Origin: Macrostomum lignano
Taxonomy: Eukaryota
Reading direction: 5' to 3'
DNA length: 64,000 nucleotides
Assembly: GCA_002269645.1 (NCBI GenBank)
Contig: NIVC01002316.1
Span: 11,592 to 75,591 of the forward strand
The position numbers and the translations under genes are program-made. Of the stretch, positions 46,771-60,130 are shown one piece after another. The number at the start of each line of letters is the position of its first letter. Within the stretch, counting starts at the first letter, position 1. The notes under the pieces were generated by a model. It was not told the origin of the DNA. It searched no databases and saw nothing but the letters and a program-made list of their open reading frames with translations.

Positions 46771-48544
46771 ATTCTCTGTACGCCGGGACCGACGAAGGGG
46801 TGGCGCCAGTGGCCGCCAACCCCCCTGTTCAACACGCAACGCATTTTGACTACAGACGCAATAGCCCGAGAGTGTGAGGCCGAGGCTGAGGGAGGGGAGA
46901 GAGAGATGACGCGAGTGCAAGGGAAGGAAAGGAGCTTGGTTGGTCGGGCGGACCCCCAACAGGGCAAGTGCTTTCGTCATGCAATAGCGGGACAGGGGGT
47001 GGGTGGGTTTGACCTCATGAGGACACAGCCCCCAGGGCCAGCCCGAGGGACTGGCGTGGCAGTCTAAGGGAAAGAAGGGCCGGCCTCGCAAAACAACAGT
47101 CTGGGCTCCGGAGAGAGAAGCAATTGTGGCTGACTGGCTGATAGTAATAGTAATAACGCACAAAGAGAAGTGTGCGAAAAAAGCAAAATGAATGAAATTA
47201 TACAACCGAAATTGAATAGTATGCGCACATGTCCGCGTTGCCCGATGGCCGATGCACAAAAAGTATTAAGCAAGGTTAATACATGAAACAAGCAATTTGA
47301 ATAGCAGAGAACTTGAATTATAAGCTCGGTAATCTAATAATTTTATGTTAATTTTCCTTACAGATCCTTGTCTTGTTTGTAGTACTCGTATAATTAGTGC
47401 CTGCCTCGGTGTTAAAACCTGGTTAAAGACAATGAAATCAAAGTTCCACTGTAAACGGTGGCTTGTTCGAAGTTTTTCTGATTAACAGAAGATAACCATC
47501 CTTGCGATGTCAATATTTGCTTTATTCTCCACAATACTCTATAGGAATCTAATTTATTCCCTGCTTGACTGGAATACTTGTATCTCTGTGGACAGAACCG
47601 AAGCAGAAAAAGTAAAAAGAACAATGAAAGTTCACGAAGCTTCAGTTGAAGTTATTCTCATCGAAATGCAATGGCAATTGGTTTCCAATACGAACCCTGC
47701 TATGACTGAAGCAGTGAAGCTTCCTTGTTTGCCGGTTCCGTGGGTTCTGTCTTCTCGTCGAAGATGCAGGTTCCTGGTCCAATTAATTAAGCTTCGACAT
47801 CCGCGTCGTTTGCGTTATCGCTGGTAAAGCTTGTAAACGAATTACCCATTACCAACAGGCCCGAATGCAACTCTTGATAATAGCTAGTCTAGACAGGAAA
47901 TTGGTCTGATTGCATATCGCAGATTTTGATGCCTCATCTGTTTACAATGAAGCTGCAGTGCGGTGTGTAAAACTATAGCTTTCACTGCCGCGTTGTTGCC
48001 AAGCAGGAGCCGCTAAATTTAATATCGATTTACTAATTAAAACTTTCTTGCATAAACTAAGAGGCGGACTATCACACCAGATAGCCAGGAAGTGATCTGC
48101 CATGGGTTGATTCTCGCGTCACACCAAATCATCCGCAATTATTAATCTATACAGCGAGTTGTCAAAGCCCTGATGATAAGCATGAAATTATAGCATTATC
48201 AAATTGTTAATCTTAAACGACGCATGCCGCACTTCGTGTGCAGCAAAAACAAAATTTGCGCTGCCCCGCGGCCTCAGTTGTGCGAAATTCGATTGCAATT
48301 AGAAACAGATTTGGAAGCAAGGGGAATCGGTGTTGAACCGGACCTGGAAATATTTGTCATCAAGGGTTGCAAGGGCCTGCAGTTAACTTCTAATGCAGAC
48401 AATCAAAGCGCTGTCAGCTTCCATTGTAACGGAATTTCTATATTCTAATTTAAATCACCATTTAAAAAGGAATTGTAAAACTGACCACAAAACCTGACTG
48501 CAGAAATGCTGAAATAGGATAGCTTCTTTGCGACCACGAGACAG

Positions 48545-48847
48545 ACAGGAACCCGACAGGACCCAACAGGGCCCAACAGGACCCGACAGGACCCGACAGG
48601 ACCCGACAGGACCCGACAGGACCCGACAGGACCCGACAGGACCCGACAGGACCCGACAGGAACCCGACAGGACCCGACAGGAACCCGACAGGACCCGACA
48701 GGACCCGACAGGACCCGACAGGACCCGACAGGACCCGACAGGACCCGACAGGACCCGACAGGACCCGACAGGACCCGACAGGACCCGACAGGACCCGACA
48801 GGACCCGACAGGACCCGACAGGACCCGACAGGACCCGACAGGACCCG
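48545..48847. repeat. 10-bp minisatellite (ACCCGACAGG), ~30 copies
   Basis: Direct reading. Confidence 0.96.
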
Positions 48848-49997
48848 TAATAAAGACCGTAAATTATAGTCTTTGTCAAATGAATTTCATTCGACATTTG
48901 ATGCCTGCGTGCCAAAGCGGCCTTGTCAGTCGAAATTCCTCTGCTCTTCAAACAACACTGCTGAACAACTTTGACCTTTGTTGAAAGGTTAAAGAAGTAA
49001 ATTTGAAAGGTCAAATCTTACAAAGACATGCCCAACGCCAAACAGGCGGTGTGCCTTTGTTAACTTTAAAAGCAAGCCCGCATCCTGTACCGAAGCAGAT
49101 TTTAGCATTAATAAAACTCGAATAGCGTCTCAAAGTTTACAACTCAAAAAGGACCACCAGCACAGCAATCAAAGTGATTTTTATCTTCGCAAAAATTGAG
49201 TTGCCATGCAAAAACCGCTGATAACTCAGTTGCAAAAATCAAAGCGGTTTATGGCCCCCCTGCCCGGTTACGCAAACAGGAGAAGTTGTGGGGTTTTTTT
49301 ACAACCCATTAACTCAAATGTCACGTGAACTATGGTGGTGGACCAGGGGACATGGGAGAGATAGAATTGAAAGCACCCGTGCAAGGTCCACCCCGTGTTG
49401 GGGCAAACTTCCTGCATTTTCGGAATGAAGTGAATCAAAATGGTTTTCTACTAATTCTGAAAATTGAAGTTTCAACAAAATTTCAATACGACTATATTTC
49501 CCAAGACTTTCACCAAAATACAAAGGTAACTATCCAGTGACTAACTACTTGAACAAGTTTGCAAAATGACAAACGACATGCAGATTACGGAATAATTGGG
49601 CAATATTTTAGGCTTTGAGCTTTAATTTGCGATCCCTAAAAATTGTGTGCAAATTAATTTTCAGTGAGATTTGAGAAGCATTTTCCTTTTGAGCTTTTGT
49701 TTCTTTCGCTTATGTACTTTTTGTTTAATCCGACTGATGGAGAAGAAAGATGCAGGGTTAAAAAACAGAATAAACATCTTTGTTTTACCGTTTTCTGTCA
49801 AAATGTTTAAACGTTTTTTCTCAATTCAGTCAAATGATGGATGCATTAATAATAAATAATGTAGCATTTTATCTCGGGAATAACTGCATCTTTAACTTGG
49901 ACCAATGCATATTATTTGTTTTATTTCGCAAAACATTTGAATCACTTTTTAATTCACGGTTCTTTAAAAGTAGAACGAACTGGAGTTACTTGAAGTA

Positions 49998-50690
49998 GCT
50001 GACACCCACAATGACACCTACAATGACTCAACTGACACCTACAATGACACCTACTTTCCTCTCTCGTACAGTGACTTAACTGACACCTACAATGACTCAA
50101 CTGACATCTAAAATGACTCAAATGACACCTACAATGACTCAACTGACACCTACAATGACTCAACTGACACCTAAAATGACTCAACTGACGCCCACAATGA
50201 CTCAACAGACACCTACAATGACTCGACTGACACCTAAAATGACTCAACAGACACCTACAATGACTCAACTGACATCTAAAATGACTCAAATGACACCTAC
50301 AATGACTCAACTGACACCTACAATGACTCAACTGACACCTACAATGACTCAACTGACGCCTAAATGACTCAACTGACACCTACAATGACTCAACTGACAC
50401 CTACAATGACTCAACTGACACCCACAATGACACCTACAATGACTCAACTGACACCTATAATGACTCAACTGACACCTACAATGACTCAACTGACACCTAA
50501 AATGACGCCTACAATGACTCAACTGACACCCACAATGACGCCTGCAATGACTCAACTGACACCTACAATGACTCAACTGACACCTAAAATGACTCAATTG
50601 ACACCTACAATGACTTAACTGACGCCTACAATGACTCAACTGACACCTACAATGACTCAACTGACGCCTAAAATGACTCAATTGACTCCC
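49998..50690. repeat. 21-bp minisatellite (TGACACCTACAATGACTCAAC), ~30 copies
   Basis: Direct reading. Confidence 0.95.
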
Positions 50691-51204
50691 AAACATCTCT
50701 CAACTGACACCAGTAACGACACACCAGGCATTACAAAAAACGGGCCTTCTGGCTTCACAATCTTATTCATCATGCGTAAGAAAAGGTCAAACCCACTGAA
50801 AAATGTCAAAAAGGACAAAACACAAACTGGAATATAGTGAGGCAACGATCAGTTTACGCTTTCATTGCAAATTCCTAGCATAATTTCTTTGAATTCCCGA
50901 GGTTCGCATTCCATTTTACTAGTTTGGCTTGTGTCATTTGTATCAGTGTTTCTGCAAACAAAGGCGGGCCTGGCTTTGCACCCCCCTTTGCCGCTCTGGT
51001 ATTGTAGTGTCCCCGAGTGCAGATCAATGACAAAGCATTGCGATATTGCGTAATCATTTGCGTTGTGGCTTTGTTGGTCCTAATAATGGCCTCAGTTAAA
51101 TGTGTCATTATTATGTAAGTAATAGTTAAAATCAAACCAATATTCCATTGGTAGTCTGTCCGAACAAGCATGTTAATTTTCATGGACTTATCCTGAATTC
51201 TATT

Positions 51205-51920
51205 GAGGTGCTGTTTTTGAGGGTGCTGCTGTCTTTGAGGGTGCTGTCTTTGAGGGTGCTGTCTTTTAGGGTGCTGTCTTTGAGGGTGCTGTCTTTGATG
51301 GTGCTGTGTTTGAGGGTGCTGTGTTTGAGGGTGTTGCTGGCTTTGAGGGTGCTGCTGTCTTTGAGGGTTGCTGTCTTTGAGGGTGCTGTCTTTTAGGGTG
51401 CTGTCTTTGAGGGTGCTGTGTTTGAGGGTGTTGCTGGCTTTGAGGGTGCTGCTGTCTTTGAGGGTTGCTGTCTTTGAGGGTGCTGTCTTTTAGGGTGCTG
51501 TCTTTGAGGTTGCTGTCTTTGAGGGTGCTGTGTTTGAGGGTGCTGCTGTCTTTGAGGGTGCTGTCTTTTAGTGTGCTGTCTTTTAGGGTGCTGCTGTGTT
51601 TGAGGGTGCTGTCTTTGAGGGTGCTGCTGTGTTTGAGGGTGCTGTCTTTGAGGGTGCTGCTGTCCTTGAGGGTGCTGTCTTTGAGGGTGCTGCTGTCCTT
51701 GAGGGTGCTGTCTTTGAGGGTGCTGCTGTCCTTGAGGGTGCTGTCTTTGAGGGTGCTGCTGTCCTTGAGGGTGCTGTCTTTGAGGGTGACGCTGTCCTCG
51801 AGGGTGCTGTTGTTCTTGAGGGTGCTGCTGTTCTTGAGGGTGCTGCTGTCTTTTAGTGTGCTGTCTTTTAGGGTGCTGTCTTTGAGGGTGCTGTCTTTGA
51901 GGGTGCTGCTGTCTTTGAGG
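51205..51920. repeat. 15/18-bp minisatellite (TGCTGTCTTTGAGGG / TGCTGCTGTCTTTGAGGG)
   Basis: Direct reading. Confidence 0.93.
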
Positions 51921-52397
51921 GGAGTGTCATAGTTTGCAACAGTCGGATAAGTCAAAACGCCTTGTATTTCTGGGCCATAGCCCACTAATATCTTGAGAGT
52001 GTCATACTTAACGCTCGCAGCAGTCTACTTAGAGTAGGATTTCTGCGAATTTATAAATCACGCGAATGTTTCAATAATGGGCTCACGAAAATATAACAGA
52101 CAGTTCCCATAGCACTGGGTTCCTCTACTTGAGTGACATTTCATAAATTCTGTACGGCAAATAAAGCTATAATGCGCTGCAGTTTATTGACAGGAAGTGG
52201 CCACGAGCTATGCCGTGATTAAAAGAGTGAAGTTTCATTTACCTGGCAGGAATCCAAACTCAGAATTGCTTCCGATATGACTAAACTTGGACTAAAAACT
52301 TTATTCAGACTTTAAGCACTTTTTTACCTTTTGAAATGAGCATTGCGCAGTTTTGTGCCATTGTTAACTAGAAAATTATTTAAAAGCTTTTTTTAAC

Positions 52398-54342
52398 TGT
52401 CAGATGATTGCTGAGTATTCTGTCAGATGATTGCTGAGTATTCTGTCAGATGATTGCTGAGTATTCTGTCAGATGATTGCTGAGTATTCTATCAGATGAT
52501 TGCTGAGTATTCTGTCAGATGATTGCTGAGTATTCTGTCAGATGATTGCTGAGTATTCTGTCAGATGATTGCTGAGTATTCTATCAGATGATTGCTGAGT
52601 ATTCTGTCAGATGATTGCTGAGTATTCTGTCAGATGATTGCTGAGTATTCTGTCAGATGATTGCTGAGTATTCTGTCAGATGATTGCTGAGTATTCTATC
52701 AGATGATTGCTGAGTATTCTGTCAGATGATTGCTGAGTATTCTATCAGATGATTGCTGAGTATTCTATCAGATGATTGCTGAGTATTCTATCAGATGACT
52801 GCTGAGTATTCTATCAGATGATTGCTGAGTATTCTGTCAGATGATTGCTGAGTATTCTGTCAGATGATTGCTGAGTATTCTATCAGATGATTGCTGAGTA
52901 TTCTATCAGATGATTGCTGAGTATTCTATCAGATGATTGCTGAGTATTCTATCAGATGATTGCTGAGTATTCTGTCAGATGATTGCTGAGTATTCTGTCA
53001 GATGATTGCTGAGTATTCTATCAGATGATTGCTGAGTATTCTGTCAGATGATTGCTGAGTATTCTGTCAGATGATTGCTGAGTATTCTATCAGATGATTG
53101 CTGAGTATTCTATCAGATGATTGCTGAGTATTCTATCAGATGACTGCTGAGTATTCTATCAGATGATTGCTGAGTATTCTGTCAGATGATTGCTGAGTAT
53201 TCTGTCAGATGATTGCTGAGTATTCTATCAGATGATTGCTGAGTATTCTATCAGATGATTGCTGAGTATTCTATCAGATGATTGCTGAGTATTCTATCAG
53301 ATGATTGCTGAGTATTCTGTCAGATGATTGCTGAGTATTCTGTCAGATGATTGCTGAGTATTCTATCAGATGATTGCTGAGTATTCTATCAGATGATTGC
53401 TGAGTATTCTATCAGATGACTGCTGAGTATTCTATCAGATGATTGCTGAGTATTCTGTCAGATGATTGCTGAGTATTCTGTCAGATGATTGCTGAGTATT
53501 CTGTCAGATGATTGCTGAGTATTCTGTCAGATGATTGCTGAGTATTCTATCAGATGATTGCTGAGTATTCTGTCAGATGATTGCTGAGTATTCTGTCAGA
53601 TGATTGCTGCAGATGATTGCTGAGTATTCTATCAGATGATTGCTGAGTATTCTATCAGATGACTGCTGAGTATTCTATCAGATGATTGCTGAGTTTTCTG
53701 TCAGATGATTGCTGAGTATTCTGTCAGATGATTGCTGCAGATGATTGCTGAGTATTCTATCAGATGATTGCTGAATATTCTGTCAGATGATTGCTGCAGA
53801 TGATTGCTGAGTATTCTATCAGATGATTGCTGAGTATTCTATCAGATGACTGCTGAGTATTCTATCAGATGATTGCTGAGTATTCTGTCAGATGATTGCT
53901 GAGTATTCTGTCAGATGATTGCTGAGTATTCTGTCAGATGATTGCTGAGTATTCTATCAGATGACTGCTGAGTATTCTGTCAGATGACTGCTGAGTATTC
54001 TGTCAGATGATTGCTGAGTATTCTGTCAGATGATTGCTGCAGATGATTGCTGAGTATTCTATCAGATGACTGCTGAGTATTCTATCAGATGACTGCTGAG
54101 TATTCTGTCAGATGACTGCTGAGTATTCTGTCAGATGACTGCTGAGTATTCTATCAGATGACTGCTGAGTATTCTATCAGATGACTGCTGAGTATTCTAT
54201 CAGATGACTGCTGAGTATTCTGTCAGATGACTGCTGAGTATTCTGTCAGATGACTGCTGAGTATTCTATCAGATGACTGCTGAGTATTCTATCAGATGAC
54301 TGCTGAGTATTCTGTCAGATGACTGCTGAGTATTCTGTCAGA
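52398..54342. repeat. 23-bp satellite (GATGATTGCTGAGTATTCTGTCA), ~84 copies
   Basis: Direct reading; two variant sites (CTG/CTA and GATT/GACT). Confidence 0.97.
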
Positions 54343-55439
54343 TGCGACAAATAGTAATTGGTTTGTTAAACTCTGCATATTTCATAATCAATATTCATAT
54401 CTAATATAACTCAAAGCAGTTTTTAATGACGCCAGCCAATCAGGGCAACGCAAAATAGTGAATTATTCTCATAAAATCAGGTTGAGGATGTACTTTACAG
54501 TTGCATGACAAACACACATTGAATAAAAAGCCATGTCGACAGGACAAATCGCAATAAAAATTGATGAAATTGATATTGTCGGAACAGTGACCACATGACA
54601 GGTAGAGGCTGATGTCAGTCCACAGGCTGTTCTTGATGCTGCATGTTGAATTGGAACAGGGGATAACTGTCCCATTCATCCAGACAAGCCCCTATGCCCA
54701 GCTGCGTTACCCGGCCACTCAGTCGGGGCTGCTGCTGGCTTTGAGTTGGAAAGAAATCCCTTTCAGATGAGACTCGATAGACAAGGAGAGCTTTGAGCAG
54801 AGAGAAGCACCTGACCCCACCGCCCGCAGGTTGCGTGGTAATTAACTGGCGGATAGGCGGAGGCTTGCGGCCCGGCCGCCTTCGGTCCCGCTCATTTCTC
54901 CTGCTTTTTCTTCCCCTTCTGCTTTTTCAACACGCTTCATCTGGGAGGCTGAAGATGAGAAATCGGATAGCAGTGAGGCCCGGCCAGACAGATGTGTTAT
55001 TGCTGAAACCGAGCAAATTCTCAGTAAATGTGTGTAATCGGCTTTTTAACTGAAGCCTAATAAAGAAACTCAGAAAGAGACAGCAAGTCTCACGGAGGCA
55101 GCTGTGCGAATCGATGAAGCCGCACTTTCTCTCTCTCTCTCTCAGTTCTTCTCAAACACTAACTCCAGAGCGACTTCCTTTGCAAAATCCTCTCCTGTCG
55201 CTCTCTCTGCTTCTTCCCTAGCCAAAATGACCCCTGTGACGCCTTGTAGCACTCAGCAAATTTCATAATCCGAGTATTCTCTTGAGCACACTGCTTCCGT
55301 GTGTTTACTCGATTGTAACGCCTTGTGCAATGTTTGTTGAGGACTGAACTCATTTCCTGCTGGACTTCTGGGATACGCAACTCTCCTGCACCCACTCTGT
55401 TGAACTATGCACTTACTATGAACTATGAACTATGCACTC

Positions 55440-56080
55440 TTTCACCCACCCCTCCTGCACCCACCCCTCTTCCTGCACCCATCCCTCCTCTTGCACCCAT
55501 CCCTCCTTTTGCACACACTCCTCCTCTTGTACACACCCCTCCTCTTGCACCCACCCCTCCTATTGCACACACCCTGCCTCCTGCACCCACCCCTCCTCTT
55601 GCACCCACCCCTCCTCCTGCACCCACCCCTCCACTTGCACCCACCCCTCCTCTTCCCCCCTCCTCTTGCACCCAGCCCTCCTCCTGCACCCGCCCCTCCA
55701 CTTGCACCCACCCCTCCTCTTCCCCCCTCCTCTTGCACCCAGCCCTCCTATTCCCCGCTCCACTTGCACCCACCCCTCCTCTTCCCCCTCCTCTTGCACC
55801 CAGCCCTCCTCTTCCCCCCTCCTCTTGCACCCACCCCTCCACTTGCACCCACCCCTCCTCTTCCCCCTCCTCTTGCACCCAGCCCTCCTATTCCCCCTCC
55901 ACTTGCACCCACCCCTCCTCTTCCCCCCCTCCTCTTGCACCCAGCCCTCCTCTTCCCCCTCCTCTTGCACCCACCCCTCCTCTTCCCCCCTCCACTTGCA
56001 CCCAGCCCTCCTCCTGCACCCACCCCTCCTATTTCACCCTACCCTCCTCTCGCACCCAGCCCTCCTCCTCCACCCACCCT
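55440..56080. repeat. 18-bp C-rich minisatellite (CTTGCACCCACCCCTCCT)
   Basis: Direct reading; G-rich on the minus strand. Confidence 0.92.
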
Positions 56081-56120
56081 CCTTCGAAGCCAATTTCGCT
56101 ATAAGTTCTCGTAAAACTTT

Positions 56121-57482
56121 CTAAGCCACTGCCTCAGTCTTTTTGTCATGTCTGTGCCTCAGACTTCGCGATACGCGTCTGATGCTCTTAATAACAGAGC
56201 GCCTTCGGCTGGGTTTCTCGTCCAGGTGCGACAGCGAAGCCACCGATGACGCGCTTGAGCTGCCATCGCCGCCGCCGCCGCCGCCAGCGTCTCCGGGCCC
56301 GCCGCCTCCGCCGGAGGAGGTCGACGATGCGACGCTCACATCAGACTGGTGGTGCGCGAAGGCCCAGCCAGTCTCCTTCAGCCGCCGCTTCTTGAAGAAG
56401 CTGAACCGGCCGAAAGAGCCGCGACGTCGACACGGCGACGGAGTCTTTGATGGACCGCCGGCGGCCCCAGCGTCGAGTTGAAATCGGGAGCGCGGACGGT
56501 GGGCGTTAAACGAGGCGTCTCGACGTCGAACACTGCTGCCGCGCAGCTGGTGACCTCCCGGTTGCTGTTTCGACGGCGACAGCTGCTGCTGCTGCTGCTG
56601 CAGAGGTCGCCGACAGCTTGGCCGCAGGCACGGATCGCTCGGCCACTTCCTGATGAACTTGCCGCCGAGGAGCTGCTTGAACAGCGCGTGCAGCTGCCGG
56701 GCCCGGCTGCACTGCAGCGCCAAGTAGCCGCCCTGCTGGCCGACTGCGGACGACGAGGTGGCGTACTGCACGAACAGCCAGCCGTTCAGCGAGCCGTACT
56801 TCACGATGTTCACCAGCGGGCAGGGCAGGATGCACGACTGGTTGACGTCCTGCAGTTCAAAGCTGTCCTGAGTGACGCGCAGGACGTAGAGATAGTCCGA
56901 GCAGAGGCCGAGACTCTGCACCGTCAGGTTGTTCAGCAGCTTCACCACCCAGCTGCGGCCGCCGTCGGCCAGGGCAGCAGCGGCCTCGGACGCTTCGGCG
57001 CAGCTGCCCCGGCCGAGGCCGCTGTGCAGCCGGTCGAAGAGGTCCAGGAAGACGCCGATGGGCCGTCGGCAGGCGTGCAGGAAGCTGTAGATCTTGTCGA
57101 TCTCCATGTAGCGCTCGTGGTACAGATTCACGGTGCCGCCAGTCAACAGGCTGCTCTGCCGCAGCGTCAGGCAGTACACTCTGGTGCGCTGAACCTCCCG
57201 ACAAGACAGGCTGGCGTCCTTCAGGCTGCTCAAGGGCATCGACTTCTTCAGCACCGTCCGATTGTCGAATGCGGCCGCGATTGGCTGCTTCTTTGACGGG
57301 GCCGCCGTTGTTGAAGCGCCCGACGAGTTGACTTCGGCCACGATGCACAGCGTCGCAGTCAGCTTGCGGGTCTTGACGGTGACTCGAACCCGGCTGTAGT
57401 TGGAGTCCAGGTGCCAGGGAGCCAGGAGACTCCCAGCCCGGCGGAAGTAGTTCTTGTTCATGAAGACAAGAACGCTCTCCAT
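56121..57482 (-). CDS. Divergent PH + IRS-type PTB adaptor (DOK/IRS-like), 453 aa, single coding exon
   Basis: GLCSDYLYVLRVTQDSFEL..PLVNIVKYG..LFVQY..GQQGGYLALQC aligns by eye with the DOK PTB pattern (GL.GSYVLRV..L..WPY..LRRYG..FSFEAGR..GPGTFTFQT). A beta-rich PH-like region precedes it and a disordered tail follows. Confidence 0.62.
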   Translation of the reverse strand: MESVLVFMNKNYFRRAGSLLAPWHLDSNYSRVRVTVKTRKLTATLCIVAEVNSSGASTTAAPSKKQPIAAAFDNRTVLKKSMPLSSLKDASLSCREVQRTRVYCLTLRQSSLLTGGTVNLYHERYMEIDKIYSFLHACRRPIGVFLDLFDRLHSGLGRGSCAEASEAAAALADGGRSWVVKLLNNLTVQSLGLCSDYLYVLRVTQDSFELQDVNQSCILPCPLVNIVKYGSLNGWLFVQYATSSSAVGQQGGYLALQCSRARQLHALFKQLLGGKFIRKWPSDPCLRPSCRRPLQQQQQQLSPSKQQPGGHQLRGSSVRRRDASFNAHRPRSRFQLDAGAAGGPSKTPSPCRRRGSFGRFSFFKKRRLKETGWAFAHHQSDVSVASSTSSGGGGGPGDAGGGGGGDGSSSASSVASLSHLDEKPSRRRSVIKSIRRVSRSLRHRHDKKTEAVA

Positions 57483-58449
57483 GGCTGCTGGTCGGCAGGC
57501 TTGAGAGCGGGCTAGCTGACCATGGCTGGGGCTGCTCGGAAATGAATATGAAGGGGTCAGTGGAATGGGCCTGACTGCTTCGGAAGTCCCTGCCTTGATT
57601 TGACCAACGAATGGATAACCGCTCCAGTCTCTTGAGAGCAGCCATTAAAATTTGAGAATCAGAAATTACTTTTTTGCATTTTAATTCTTTGATTGTAGAT
57701 TTTTTTTAAATGTTCTTATTTTTCTGTTTGTGACTGGAGAGGACGTGGGCTCTGCTCCCCCCCCATTCCAGGCGATTCTCCCGCGGGATTTGGCGGATGG
57801 AGCTGGGGAAGAGAGCCGAGAGGAGGATGCAGGATGCTGGCTCAAGCCCTGGGCAACACTCCCTCGGCCGCCGAGTCGGGAGTTTTCCCGAAACTTGTGA
57901 AGGAGGATGAGGCCGGGGTGGGGAATATTTGGCCAGACGGGGGATCAGGGAGAATGAGGACTCGGGGGGGGGTGACGAGTCCCGGCTGTAGTGAGGAAAT
58001 ATGCCCGGATTATAAATGTTTCAATCTCCGGGACATGCTGGGCACAGCGGGCTTGGCGGCGAGTGAGCACGAAGGGGTGGAAAGGTTATGAGGCGATTAG
58101 TTCCGCAAAAAAGGAGGAAGCAAAGAAAGAAAATGCCACTCGGTCGGCTGCTGTCCCTGCACGCTACTGATCCCTCTTGATTTTCCCAGGCAGTCAATCA
58201 GCGGGTTTGACAAGTCAGAGACACTCTGAGCCCCTTTTTGTCTGCTGATCTATTGCCCTCTAGCAGAGCTAATGAAATGCAGAGTCAGGGAGGGAACTGG
58301 GGGGCGGGTTACTGCTTGGCGGAAGCGCTCAAATGGGAGACCTTGAGTTCATCTTTTTAATGGATGATAAGCTGCTTGAAAAGCTAAAATATCAGAATTG
58401 AATTAATCAAAAACGAAATGAATTAGCAGTTGATTACGTAAAAGTTTAG

Positions 58450-58800
58450 GAGGATCTGGGAGGATGGCTGTGGTCCAGCAACTGGATCTAGGAGGCTGAC
58501 TCAGCAACAGGGGATCTCAGAGGCTGGCCCAGCAACTGAGGATCTGGCAGGCTGGCTCAGAAACTGACGATCCGGGAGGCTGGCCTAGCAACTGAGGATC
58601 TGGGAGGCTGGCCCAGCAACTGAGGATCTGGCAGGCTGGCTCAGCAACTGAGGATCTGGCAGGCTGGCTCAGCAACTGAGGATCTGGGAGGCTGGCGCAG
58701 CAACTGAGGATCTGGGAGGCTGGCCCAGCAACTGAGGATCTGGGAGGCTGGCGCAGCAACTGAGGATCCGGGAGGCTGGCCCAGCAACTGAGGATCTGGG
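58450..58800. repeat. 28-bp minisatellite (CAGCAACTGAGGATCTGGGAGGCTGGCC), ~12 copies
   Basis: Direct reading. Confidence 0.92.
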
Positions 58801-59042
58801 ATTGGGCCCCTTTCTGAATGTGCCAGGAATACCTGTTAATTTCCGAATAGTTGCCGGGAATAAACTCTTTGAAGTAGAGAAAGAGAAACAATGACACGAT
58901 TTTCAGACTAACATATTGCAGCAGAGCTGAGAGAGAGGAACAGAAAAGTTCAACCCAGTTCGAGGACCCGACAAAGGAGCGAAATCCGGGACAAACTGGC
59001 GGGGCCCGAAAGCTTTCCGCGCTTTGAGGGAAAATTGAAACT

Positions 59043-59528
<486 letters not shown>

Positions 59529-59954
59529 CTGTCCATCAAAGAGCAGCAGTTGCACTCACACAGTCAGTTGGATTGGCACATGGGCAGAATTCTCTGTAAA
59601 ATGTTTGCAGGGAGATCGTGGAGAAAATTATAAAATATAAAATTCTTCTTCTGCTAAGCCGTTTTGCAATATCTGGATTCGTCTTCCCAATGCAAACTGA
59701 AGGCTGAACATGACCCTATAATGATCTACTCAGTGAAGACTCTGCGGCCATTGGGTCGCTGGGTCGCTACGTTGAAGCCAGCAGCCCCAGTTTTCAAACC
59801 AATGGCGGGGTTGGAAATGCAGTGGGGGAAGAGATGAGCAGAAGAAATGCGACTCGTAATTGCGGGGGACTCCAGCAAAATTGTTTGCGTGCACTGCTGA
59901 AATTTCTGTAATTGCTTTCCTGTTGGCGTCTTGTTAATGAATTTCTTGTCTGAA

Positions 59955-60130
59955 TTTGAGGGCTGTTAGATATCTGTTAGTTGAGTGTTCGAGGCTGTTG
60001 GATATCTGTTAGTTGAGTGTTCGAGGCTGTTAGACATCTGTTAGTTGAGTGTTCGAGCTGTTAGATATCTGTTAGTTGAGTGTTCAAGGCTGTTAGATAT
60101 CTGTTAGTTGAGTGTTGAAGGGCTGTTAGA
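59955..60130. repeat. ~32-bp minisatellite (GAGTGTTCGAGGCTGTTAGATATCTGTTAGTT), ~5 copies
   Basis: Direct reading. Confidence 0.88.

Noticed and set aside
51266-51985. LKDSST repeat ORF with an ATG
   Set aside because: Almost entirely minisatellite; no splice or homology support.
52236-52250. ATTTACCTGGCAGG resembling the U1 snRNA 5' end
   Set aside because: Similarity stops after about 13 nt; no stem-loops or Sm site.
55325-56124. Pro-rich / extensin-like ORFs
   Set aside because: Translations of the 18-bp C-rich array.
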